From: Nitrososphaerales archaeon | GTDB lineage: Archaea; Thermoproteota; Nitrososphaeria_A; Caldarchaeales; Wolframiiraptoraceae | NCBI GenBank assembly: GCA_023269855.1 | Contig: JAGDWP010000027.1 | Span: forward strand, 4,826 to 28,825 | DNA: 24,000 nt | Direction of reading: 5' to 3' | In this document: positions 16,985-24,000 of the stretch, in pieces | Layout: each line of letters opens with the position of its first letter | Position numbering within the stretch: position 1 is the stretch's first letter | Notes under the pieces: model-generated | The model's database searches: none | What the model saw: the letters and a program-made list of their open reading frames with translations, nothing else | What the model was told of the DNA's origin: nothing | Position numbers and translations under genes: made by a program

Positions 16985-17553
16985 GACTCAAACCCTCTAT
17001 AACTCTTTTCTAGAATGGAGATAAGTGGAGGCGAGCATACTCCGAAAAGAATAAGATTGCTTAGTTCATGGATTATAGCAAAGGGTATGCCTGATATTAA
17101 GGCTGCCATTATTGGGATGCCGAAAGTTAATGCAAAGGCTACATTTGTAACCAGGTCGTAAATGAATGTTAGGAGAAAACCTGCGGCCCCGAATAGAACT
17201 CTCACCACGACTCGACTATTGGAGTAGTCTGCTAACGAGATCGACTTAGCAAGAAATCCTCCCATTATCCCGTAAATCGCCTCAGACAACATGGTTACAA
17301 TCCAGATCTGGGGCACGAAGCCGTAGGGGTTCAATACTCCGTAAACCATCCATGTGAGAACCCCAATCGATGCTCCAACGGTGGAGCCGAAGACGAATCC
17401 GCTCACGAAGACGAGAAGGTCCATAACCTTAAAGTTAGCTACACCTAACAAGGCATAGTTGGACCCTATGCATGCTGCTACCAGAACGGCGATTAGGCTG
17501 GCTTTCTTGCTCTTTAGCATGATGGATGGATGAACCATCCAATATATAAACAC
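16972..17553 (-). CDS. ECF-transporter S-component-like integral membrane protein
   Basis: About 6 TM helices and a small size typical of ECF substrate-capture subunits. The first codons of the listed ORF spell a perfect TATA box on the - strand (TTTATATA, 17550-17543). The real, probably leaderless, start is therefore likely Met12 at 17520 (MLKSKKASLIAVLV). Confidence 0.5.
   Translation of the reverse strand: MFIYWMVHPSIMLKSKKASLIAVLVAACIGSNYALLGVANFKVMDLLVFVSGFVFGSTVGASIGVLTWMVYGVLNPYGFVPQIWIVTMLSEAIYGIMGGFLAKSISLADYSNSRVVVRVLFGAAGFLLTFIYDLVTNVAFALTFGIPIMAALISGIPFAIIHELSNLILFGVCSPPLISILEKSYRGFESWPL
17543..17550 (-). promoter_or_regulatory. TATA box (TTTATATA) for the ECF-S-like/DUF4430 pair
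   Basis: Perfect archaeal TATA consensus centred about 26 nt upstream of the in-frame ATG at 17520. Confidence 0.45.
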
Positions 17554-17634
17554 TCCCTAGCAGCCTTAAATACCGTATTACTTGCTTAACGAGAAATATT
17601 TGACGCCGTCGCCAGCAGTTTCAAAATAGATAGG

Positions 17635-17642
17635 CTTAAATA
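17635..17642 (+). promoter_or_regulatory. TATA-like box (CTTAAATA) upstream of the structured RNA candidate
   Basis: Centred about 26-30 nt upstream of the first base of the terminal helix (17669). This is the spacing seen at both tRNA genes in this window. Confidence 0.4.
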
Positions 17643-17668
17643 GATGGATAAACTCTTTCTTAGATGAT

Positions 17669-17919
17669 AGTGTAAAGCGCGGACTCTTCAGGATGATGCG
17701 GTTCAGCTTTAGATGGAGGGTCTTCCTCCATCCCTGAAGCTCTTCGAAGAGCTGGTGAAGGGTTGGAGTGGGTTCACCCTGACAGGGGAAGAGGCTGATG
17801 AAGGTTCCAATGAACTCAAGAGGAGCCCTAAGCTAGTGAATCCCAAGAGCTACATATGTCTACAAAAGACTATGTAGCTCAGAACCCAAATTCCAAACTT
17901 AGAGATACCGCTTTACACT
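17669..17919 (+). ncRNA. Unclassified structured RNA candidate (~250 nt)
   Basis: Intergenic island visibly richer in G+C than its AT-rich flanks. Closed by an 11-bp perfect helix (17669-17679 / 17909-17919). Internal perfect hairpins at 17712-17732, 17754-17778 and 17847-17880, a 16-nt palindrome at 17738-17753, and a 13-bp long-range or pseudoknot pairing 17763-17775 / 17882-17896. TATA-like box upstream and a T5 run at 17946-17950 downstream. Strand is inferred from promoter and terminator placement and from a few G-U pairs. It is not certain. Confidence 0.45.
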
Positions 17920-18105
17920 GCGATTGATTTAAGGCTATTAAATAATTTTTACATTAAGAGACCGATACGTAAGCTAGCCTCATATCTTGTGCAGTAGGAG
18001 TTCGTTAATATAATAGTGGAATAAATAATAATTATTTTATCATGTTTTCCAGCTCTTGATGATTGCGATTTATAACTTATAAGTTAGATGGGAGAAGCAT
18101 GATTC

Positions 18106-18426
18106 ATGAGTGAGTTTATCCAAGTTTTGACTAGCATAGACTCTAGAGAGAGAGCTGAAGAGATTTCTAGAAAACTTCTTGAGATGAGACTTGCAGCATG
18201 TGTTCAGATTATTGGACCTGTAAAGTCTATGTATTGGTGGAGAGGGGTTATTGAAGAATCTAATGAATGGTTGTGTTTCATCAAAACTAGAGGTGATTTG
18301 TATAAGCAGGTTGAAGAAATGATTAGAAGTCTCCATGGCTATGAAGTACCTGAGATAATCGTGTTACCAATAATCCAAGGGTTCTACAAGTATCTTGAAT
18401 GGATGTCAAACGAGTTGAAGAAGTAG
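18106..18426 (+). CDS. cutA: Divalent-cation tolerance protein CutA
   Basis: 106 aa. LAACVQIIGPVKSMYWWRGVIEESNEW and HGYEVPEIIVLPI match the CutA1 family pattern. A TATA-like TTTATAAC lies about 30 nt upstream. Confidence 0.85.
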   Translation: MSEFIQVLTSIDSRERAEEISRKLLEMRLAACVQIIGPVKSMYWWRGVIEESNEWLCFIKTRGDLYKQVEEMIRSLHGYEVPEIIVLPIIQGFYKYLEWMSNELKK

Positions 18427-18474
18427 AATGTCTTTACAGGTTTAAAGATAACTCTTAAAGCTTAAAGTCTTATG

Positions 18475-18948
18475 CTATGTTTTCTCAAGTTTCTCTATTA
18501 ATTCTTGGAGAGATTTCTTTACTTCATGGATGAGTGCTTCAAGCTTCTGGCTCTTCTGTCTTTCTTCTTCTAGTTTTGCTTTTGTTTCTTCGATTTCTCT
18601 CATCGATGGTAACTCAATCTTGACACCTTCTCTTAGAAATTTCTCTAGTGTTTGACGTACTAGTTGACCTGCTTTTGTTTTGCCTGTGAGATGATTTCGG
18701 ACTGTTGCTTCTGTTCTTCCTATATCTTCAGCTATCTGGCTTACAGTCATCTTTGCTCTTTCCCTCGCTAATGCTGCTGCAGCTACAGCTAGGGAATCAA
18801 CCCAGGTCAATCTTTCAGAAGGGTTTCTCAATTCTTCTAATACTTCACTTCTAAATAATGTACCTACTAATAGTGCGTATTCGAGTCTATGGATCTGTTC
18901 TCTACCAATAGGTGATAGAGATATTTCTTCATTCATATCTTTCACCAA
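18475..18948 (-). CDS. Helix-turn-helix protein with C-terminal coiled coil (putative transcriptional regulator)
   Basis: 157 aa. HTH-like segment [26 protein letters not shown]-terminal heptad-rich [37 protein letters not shown]. Start overlaps the KaiC-like gene by 20 nt. Confidence 0.55.
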   Translation of the reverse strand: MVKDMNEEISLSPIGREQIHRLEYALLVGTLFRSEVLEELRNPSERLTWVDSLAVAAAALARERAKMTVSQIAEDIGRTEATVRNHLTGKTKAGQLVRQTLEKFLREGVKIELPSMREIEETKAKLEEERQKSQKLEALIHEVKKSLQELIEKLEKT

Positions 18949-19699
18949 CTATCTTGATGGTCTCAGCTGCTTTTATCTCTATTCCCTTGCCTGTGATTAT
19001 GAATGGGTGGCGTCTCATTGAATGAGCTGTTCCACGCATCTTCCACACGATTATGCTTCTCTTCAATTCTCCATTTACTTCATCTAGATCTAACCGTATT
19101 ATGCCATCTGCGGCATGTTCTACACCTGGACCGCCGAACCCTCTCTCAGTAACGCTTACCTGTGAGATCAATATTGATGTACAACCCATTCCTGACAATA
19201 CTTTCTTTAATTGGAGGACCATGCTTCTAGCTAAGGCTGGCTTAGTTATATATAGTGTTGAAACCGAGTCTATCACTGCTCTCTCAGCGTTTACATCTTT
19301 AATTGCTTCTCTGAGAACATCTATCAAAAGCTGGAAGTCTCCTGGATCCTTAACAACATATTTCTCCCTTTTTGCAGCTTCACCTATACCAGCCGTGAAT
19401 GCATCTACCACAGCGAATAAACCTTTTTCTTCGTACGGTTTAACATCCCAACCGAACTGAGACATAGAGATTCTAACTTGAACTGGATGCTCTTCTAAGA
19501 CTACGAGTACTCCGGGCTCACCAAGTTGTAAACCATTGTATAGATACTGTTGGCCAAATATTGATTTACCTGTTCCAGGTCCACCAGATAATAATACTAC
19601 ATTCCTTCTCGGAATACCTCCACCCATTATTTCATCTAATCCCGCTATACCTGTTACTACTCTCTCAACCATTCCTCTCTCAAGCTTACTCTTACTCAT
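18929..19699 (-). CDS. Single-domain KaiC-like / RecA-superfamily ATPase (archaeal aRadC-type)
   Basis: 256 aa. [30 protein letters not shown] (Walker A) and VLVVLEE are the KaiC/RadA-paralog pattern. Overlaps the upstream DUF429-like gene by 8 nt. Confidence 0.85.
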   Translation of the reverse strand: MSKSKLERGMVERVVTGIAGLDEIMGGGIPRRNVVLLSGGPGTGKSIFGQQYLYNGLQLGEPGVLVVLEEHPVQVRISMSQFGWDVKPYEEKGLFAVVDAFTAGIGEAAKREKYVVKDPGDFQLLIDVLREAIKDVNAERAVIDSVSTLYITKPALARSMVLQLKKVLSGMGCTSILISQVSVTERGFGGPGVEHAADGIIRLDLDEVNGELKRSIIVWKMRGTAHSMRRHPFIITGKGIEIKAAETIKIVGERYE

Positions 19700-20282
19700 T
19701 CTTGTTCAAAAACATTTCCAAGCATGGTAATATGACTAAACAGTCGTCTGGCTCCCCGATCTCAATGTATTTCTTCTTTAAGTATGCTACACCTGTTAAA
19801 CTGCACGTAACCGCGTCAAGCTCATGACCTGTCTCATTACATCTTAAACCTTTTACACCTATCCTGATCAATCCCTCTTTAAGCAGATGGATACTCTTAC
19901 CCTTCCTTGGAAGTCCAAGTAAGTCTTGTGCACCACCTGGATAAACTTCTATCACAGTGTAACCTGAAGCTTCCAATTGTTCTCTCAATCTCATAGCTCT
20001 CTCTGCTAGAATCTTCATTCCAAAGAGGGTTGGTGGATAAACATGAATCCCCATCTCGACTAGTTTCTTATCGCATGATCTTAGATTTTGACCAGGTTTA
20101 GGTAGACTCAATGGTGCATCTATCGCTACAACTTGAGGATCAGATGAATACACGAAATCCAGTATTTCATAGTCTTCTTTTGATAAGCGTGACTCACAGT
20201 AGAGGTTGAAATCCATTCTACATAAACCAGTATATCTTCTCGGTGACCCAGCTAAGTCTACTCCTACAGATGCCCACACCAT
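19692..20282 (-). CDS. DUF429-like predicted RNase H-fold nuclease
   Basis: 196 aa. The N-terminal [14 protein letters not shown], then [11 protein letters not shown] and [10 protein letters not shown], match the pattern I associate with DUF429 / COG2410. Pattern recognition only. Confidence 0.55.
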   Translation of the reverse strand: MVWASVGVDLAGSPRRYTGLCRMDFNLYCESRLSKEDYEILDFVYSSDPQVVAIDAPLSLPKPGQNLRSCDKKLVEMGIHVYPPTLFGMKILAERAMRLREQLEASGYTVIEVYPGGAQDLLGLPRKGKSIHLLKEGLIRIGVKGLRCNETGHELDAVTCSLTGVAYLKKKYIEIGEPDDCLVILPCLEMFLNKNE

Positions 20283-20329
20283 CTTGATCCTAAACAGTAG
20301 TCTATAGGTTGACTTATTTTTCTTCCTTC

Positions 20330-21457
20330 TTAAATATTCTTGATGAGCGGTGGGATGAAACCGTATCTTATTGCGTGGTCAACTAATACTATTGCTGTCA
20401 TGGCTTCAACTACTGGGACTGCTCTGGGGACAATGCAGGGATCATGTCTTCCACTTACAGTAACTTCTACGGGTATGCGTCTTCTAATATCTACAGTTCT
20501 CTGTCTTATTCTGATAGATGAAGGAGGTTTAACAACTACTCTAAAAATGATTGGCGCACCAGTTGAGATTCCCCCGACTATTCCTCCAGCATCATTCTTC
20601 TCTAATCTTATTTCATTGTTTTCTATAGTGAATGGGTCATTATGTTCTGACCCGAACATTCTCGCTGCTTTAAATCCTGCTCCGAATTCTACTCCTTTAA
20701 CAGCAGGGATAGATAAGACTGCTTTTGCAAGGTCTGAATCTAATGAATCAAATACTGGTTCACCTAAGCCTATCGGTAGACCAGTTACAATGCATTCGAT
20801 TATTCCTCCAACACTATCTCCTCTCGACATAGCTTCTAGAATTTTTTCTCTCATCCTCTTGGCTGCATCAATTGTCGGAGCTCTTACATCGTTTTCATAC
20901 CTGTATCTTCTAGCATCTTCTAGAGTAAAGTTTTCAGCTCTCTCTCCACCAATCTCTAAAGTATATGCAGTTACTTCTACTCCTAAGATTTTGCTAAGGA
21001 GCTTTTTAGCAACTGCTCCAGCCATTACAAATCCCGCTGTAATCCTTCCTGAAAATCTTCCTCCACCTCTATAATCGTTGAATCCTCCATACTTGACATA
21101 TGCAAAATAATCTGCGTGGCTTGGTCTAGGCGTATACCTGATAGATTCGTAATCTTCACTTCTTATATCTCTATTCCAGATGATCATGCATATTGGTGCA
21201 CCAGTAGTGTATCCGTTAAAAACCCCTGATAGAATCTCTACCCTGTCTTCTTCTATTCTCTGAGTAGTTATTGTGGAGATTCCAGGTCTCCTCAAGTTTA
21301 GTTCTTTCTGAATATCTTCTTCGGCGAGTTCTAACCCCGCAGGGCACCCATCTATTACTACCCCGATACATTTGCCGTGGCTCTCACCAAAGCTTACTAT
21401 CCTAAATCTTTCACCAAATATGTTTCCGGTCACTTCTATCCCTGTAGAATGCTTCAA
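20330..21457 (-). CDS. aroC: Chorismate synthase
   Basis: 375 aa. FGESHG, RPGHADY-like (RPSHADY), and GGGRFSGR motifs. Confidence 0.95.
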   Translation of the reverse strand: MKHSTGIEVTGNIFGERFRIVSFGESHGKCIGVVIDGCPAGLELAEEDIQKELNLRRPGISTITTQRIEEDRVEILSGVFNGYTTGAPICMIIWNRDIRSEDYESIRYTPRPSHADYFAYVKYGGFNDYRGGGRFSGRITAGFVMAGAVAKKLLSKILGVEVTAYTLEIGGERAENFTLEDARRYRYENDVRAPTIDAAKRMREKILEAMSRGDSVGGIIECIVTGLPIGLGEPVFDSLDSDLAKAVLSIPAVKGVEFGAGFKAARMFGSEHNDPFTIENNEIRLEKNDAGGIVGGISTGAPIIFRVVVKPPSSIRIRQRTVDIRRRIPVEVTVSGRHDPCIVPRAVPVVEAMTAIVLVDHAIRYGFIPPLIKNI

Positions 21458-21467
21458 CCAGGTTTAT

Positions 21468-22760
21468 CTATATTTCTTTAATGGAGGCACTGATTTTCTG
21501 TAGATCTTCTATAAAGTTGGGATAGGATATTTTGACCCATTTTAACCCATTTATGATGCATCCTTTCAGAGTTGACGCTGCAAGAATTGTGAAGGCCATG
21601 AATAATCTATGATCATTATGTGTGTCTAATTCAACGCCTCCCTCAAGATTTCTCACACCCTTGATCTTCATACCATCCTCGAATACTTCAACTTGTACAC
21701 CGAGTTTCATTAATTCTAATGCTGTTGAAGAAATTCTATCACTCTCTTTAAATCTTGCATGTTTAACTCCTTTGATAACTGTTTCACCTAATGTCTTAGC
21801 GGCCATGACTGCTACTACTGGAACCAGGTCTGGTGAATCTTTAAGATCAAAAACTCTATCTCCATCTATTGGTCCAGAGCCTTCAGCAGTTACTTTATCG
21901 CCTTGGACATTTACTTTAACATCGAAATCTTTAAGAATATTCAATATTGCAGAATCTGCTTGTGGTAGATTAGGATCTAGGTTCCACACTGTTATTCTCC
22001 CACCTGTTAAGTATGCTCCAGCTAGGATGAATGAAGCTGAACTGAAGTCTCCTGGAATCTTAAAAGATATTGCACGCCCAGTCTGGTTTGGATCAACCTC
22101 AAATAGAGAATACCCATCTCTATGAACTTTGAAACCGAATCTCCTCAAAACTTCCATCGTGGCATCAATATACTTTTTAGAGACGGATTCGCCTTCAACT
22201 CTAATCCTAACAGGGTTTTGAGCTTTAGTTGATGCTATCAGTAGGGCTGAGATGAACTGGGATGATACATCGCCTCTAATTATTGTTTCTCCTCCTTTCA
22301 GCCCACCTGACTTTACTATTATGGGTGCACATCCATTACTTCTACTTGACCAGCATTCTACTCCAAGCATTCTTAGAGCATCAAGCAATGGTTGCATAGG
22401 TCTCTTCCTCAAGCTATCATCTCCAGTAAGTATAATGTATCCTGGAGGAGGTAGAGAGGCCAAAGCAGTAAACAACCTTAGAGTAGTACCAGAGTTTTCA
22501 GCATCTATCACATTATCTGGGAGGTCAAGTTCTCCACCACTCAATACTATATAGTTTTCTCCTTCTTCAGTTAATTCTCCTCCAAATTGTCTACATGCTC
22601 TTAAAGTTGCATATGTATCTCCTGACCTAAGTGGATTTATTATCGTAGATTTATCTTCTATTAGGAGAGAGACCGCGTAAACTCTATGTGTGTAACTCTT
22701 ACTTGGTGGAGCAACAATCTCACCGCTTAGGATTGAAGGAGCAACATATAGTTTGTCCAA
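21468..22760 (-). CDS. aroA: 3-phosphoshikimate 1-carboxyvinyltransferase (EPSP synthase)
   Basis: 430 aa. PPSKSYTHR, ENSGTTLR, DVSSQFISALL, KESDR and HNDHRLFMAF motifs. TTG start at 22760, with an in-frame stop immediately upstream. Confidence 0.95.
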   Translation of the reverse strand: MDKLYVAPSILSGEIVAPPSKSYTHRVYAVSLLIEDKSTIINPLRSGDTYATLRACRQFGGELTEEGENYIVLSGGELDLPDNVIDAENSGTTLRLFTALASLPPPGYIILTGDDSLRKRPMQPLLDALRMLGVECWSSRSNGCAPIIVKSGGLKGGETIIRGDVSSQFISALLIASTKAQNPVRIRVEGESVSKKYIDATMEVLRRFGFKVHRDGYSLFEVDPNQTGRAISFKIPGDFSSASFILAGAYLTGGRITVWNLDPNLPQADSAILNILKDFDVKVNVQGDKVTAEGSGPIDGDRVFDLKDSPDLVPVVAVMAAKTLGETVIKGVKHARFKESDRISSTALELMKLGVQVEVFEDGMKIKGVRNLEGGVELDTHNDHRLFMAFTILAASTLKGCIINGLKWVKISYPNFIEDLQKISASIKEI

Positions 22761-22767
22761 GGCTCTC

Positions 22768-22777
22768 TAGAGAACAA
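22768..22777. repeat. TAGAGAACAA, copy 1 (next to the aroA start)
   Basis: Exact 10-mer, repeated at 22871-22880 within the 133-nt aroA/udp divergent intergenic region. Confidence 0.7.
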
Positions 22778-22870
22778 TCGGTATCTAGCTTTAATATAAT
22801 TGTTTTCCAAGTCTGTAGGAGTAGATAGCGTACTCTCTTATAGGGAGCAAATCCTTGTAAAAGCTTATTT

Positions 22871-22880
22871 TAGAGAACAA
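22871..22880. repeat. TAGAGAACAA, copy 2 (13 nt upstream of the udp ATG)
   Basis: Exact direct repeat of 22768-22777. Confidence 0.7.
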
Positions 22881-22893
22881 GCTTGATAGATTT

Positions 22894-23715
22894 ATGTCAG
22901 CTACTGAGCCTCGTATAGGTGAAGAGTTTTATCATGTTAGAGTTAGACCTGGAGAGGTCGCTGAATATGTTTTGCTTCCAGGCGATCCTGATAGAGTATT
23001 AAAGATTGCGAAATATTGGGATGAAGGTAGAGAACTGTCGTTTCATAGAGAGTTTAGAGTCTGGACGGGTAGCGTGTCAGGTAAACCTATATCTGCATGC
23101 TCAACAGGTATAGGTGCACCTTCTACTGCTATAGCTATTGAAGAATTGGCTAGAGCTGGCGCTAGAACATTCATAAGGGTTGGGAGTACGGGAGCAATTC
23201 AGAAAGGGATAGATCTAGGAGACCTCATAATATCTACTGCAGCAGTTAGACTTGAGGGAACTTCTAGACAATATGTAGTTGATGGTTATCCAGCGTTTGC
23301 TAATTACGAAGTTACATTAGCATTGATAGAAGCAGCTGAAAATCTTGGATTAAGATATCATCTAGGCGTAACAGCATCGACAGATAGTTTCTATACTGGT
23401 CAAGGAAGGAAAGGATTCAGAGAGTACAGCTGGAGTTACTCAGAGAAGATAATAAATGATCTCCGCGCAATGAATGTGTTAAACTTCGATATGGAGACAT
23501 CGATAATTTATGTTCTGGCATCGATATATGGTCTGTATGCAGGATCAGTATGCGCTGTCTTCGCTAATAGAGTTGAAGACAAGTTTGGAGTAATGGGTGA
23601 AGAAGATGCTATTAGAACAGCCGTAGAAGCAGTTAAGATCCTCTATGAATGGAATGAGTTAAAAGAGAAGAATAACAAGAAAAACTTCTACCCTGGGCTC
23701 TTAAAGACTAAGTGA
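22894..23715 (+). CDS. udp: Uridine phosphorylase (PNP/UDP-1 family nucleoside phosphorylase)
   Basis: 273 aa. VLLPGDPDRV, STGIGAPS, IRVGSTGA and FDMETS motifs are typical of the Udp/DeoD family. The Udp subtype call is an inference. Confidence 0.8.
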   Translation: MSATEPRIGEEFYHVRVRPGEVAEYVLLPGDPDRVLKIAKYWDEGRELSFHREFRVWTGSVSGKPISACSTGIGAPSTAIAIEELARAGARTFIRVGSTGAIQKGIDLGDLIISTAAVRLEGTSRQYVVDGYPAFANYEVTLALIEAAENLGLRYHLGVTASTDSFYTGQGRKGFREYSWSYSEKIINDLRAMNVLNFDMETSIIYVLASIYGLYAGSVCAVFANRVEDKFGVMGEEDAIRTAVEAVKILYEWNELKEKNNKKNFYPGLLKTK

Positions 23716-23894
23716 ATACATACATTTCAGATAATGAGATTATTGATTTGTTCGAACCTGAAACTTTAAGAAAACATATAATAACTAGTCTGCAAAACTT
23801 TTTTTCGAGAGAGAGGTATTGGAAAATTGAGCCGCGATATCTTGATAGGCATAGTTATCCTTGTATTGTCGGTTATTGGGATACTAGTCTATAA
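23712..23894 (+). CDS. Hypothetical 60-aa ORF, possibly the N-terminal part of a frameshifted membrane-protein gene
   Basis: GTG start overlapping the udp stop codon. No recognisable motif. Overlaps an open +1 frame that encodes TM helices (see next feature). Confidence 0.25.
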   Translation: MNTYISDNEIIDLFEPETLRKHIITSLQNFFSRERYWKIEPRYLDRHSYPCIVGYWDTSL

Positions 23895-24000
23895 CTGGCT
23901 ACTCTTCTTCACTGAATGGGATCTATTCATATTAAAGATAACCGCATTTATTGCGGTAACAGGTGTGCTCGCTATATTTGCATGGATAGGATATACCTTA
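23827..24000 (+). CDS. Partial membrane protein running off the window end
   Basis: Frame +1 relative to the 60-aa ORF is open from 23784 to the window edge. It encodes hydrophobic helices (ILIGIVILVLSVIGILVYNWLLFF, ITAFIAVTGVLAIFAWIGY). Only TTG starts (23827, 23842) are available. Not in the supplied ORF track, presumably because it is incomplete. Confidence 0.35.
   Translation, partial: MSRDILIGIVILVLSVIGILVYNWLLFFTEWDLFILKITAFIAVTGVLAIFAWIGYTL

Noticed and set aside
17554-17919. The structured region as a riboswitch or 5' leader of the ECF-S-like transporter gene
   Set aside because: The transporter has its own perfect TATA box at 17550-17543, about 26 nt from the Met at 17520, so its transcript should start well downstream of the structure. 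I found no B12-box, TPP (CUGAGA / ACCUGAUCUGGAUAAUGCCAGCG-like), FMN or fluoride riboswitch cores on either strand.
17669-17919. The structured RNA as RNase P RNA or SRP (7S) RNA
   Set aside because: The universally conserved CR-I GAGGAAAGUCC is absent, as are the SRP helix-8 GGAA tetraloop and AGCAGC loop, and there is no long helix-5 rod. Only loose similarities remain (UGAUGAAG versus CR-IV; CAGAACCC...CUUA versus CR-V). A covariance-model search is needed, so this is set aside, not excluded.
17655-17934. A bulge-helix-bulge (BHB) splicing/circularisation motif around the terminal helix. It would consist of a 3' bulge GCG 17920-17922, a 4-bp helix UGAU/AUUG, and a 5' bulge AGA 17662-17664.
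   Set aside because: The central 4-bp helix has two G-U pairs. The outer helix is essentially missing, because 4 unpaired nt oppose the 5' bulge. This is too weak to call from sequence alone.
2158-22554. Many + strand ORFs of 60-244 aa lying inside - strand genes (for example 3885-4301, 4658-4984, 6763-7068, 7594-8088, 8398-8688, 19053-19460, 20340-21074, 21622-22125, 22252-22554). The mirror cases are 11155-11367, 13649-13987 and 18070-18336.
   Set aside because: Each is fully antisense to an ORF with strong family motifs. Their translations are low-complexity Ser/Thr/Pro/Leu/Ile-rich strings with no motifs, as expected for shadow frames of AT-rich coding sequence.
1-24000. CRISPR arrays, rRNA genes, IS elements, toxin-antitoxin or other recognisable defence cassettes
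   Set aside because: I saw no regularly spaced direct repeats, no rRNA-like conserved blocks, and no transposase, integrase, Cas, restriction or toxin motifs in any supplied ORF translation.

Overview
This is an AT-rich archaeal chromosomal window, most likely from a hyperthermophilic crenarchaeote (Thermoprotei). Evidence: two G+C-rich, intron-containing tRNA genes; TATA boxes centred about 26 nt upstream of RNA 5' ends; short or absent leaders; many 4-20 nt gene overlaps. Most genes lie on the - strand and are housekeeping. Left to right: a five-gene MoxR/DUF58 operon (59-3629); a HAD phosphatase; carbamate kinase; a four-gene BMP-type ABC importer (5653-10716); a GGCT-like cyclotransferase; a 668-aa methyltransferase/Ddl-like ATP-grasp fusion; a DedA/VTT membrane protein. 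Next come tRNA-Lys(CUU) and tRNA-Phe(GAA), which converge on a short LAGLIDADG ORF. These are followed by a HemL-like aminotransferase, a DUF4430 plus ECF-S-like pair, CutA, and a co-directional aroA-aroC-DUF429-KaiC/aRadC-like-HTH string (18475-22760). The window ends with uridine phosphorylase and a partial membrane protein. I see no CRISPR array, rRNA, transposase or integrase. The most unusual item is a roughly 250-nt structured RNA candidate at 17669-17919. It is visibly more G+C-rich than its flanks, has its own TATA box and T-run, and I cannot assign it to a known RNA family by eye. Secondary leads are the N-terminally eroded LAGLIDADG ORF abutting tRNA-Phe, the methyltransferase/ATP-grasp fusion, the nuclease/KaiC-like/HTH trio, and several intergenic repeat motifs. 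All protein family calls come from motif recognition in the supplied translations, not from database searches.
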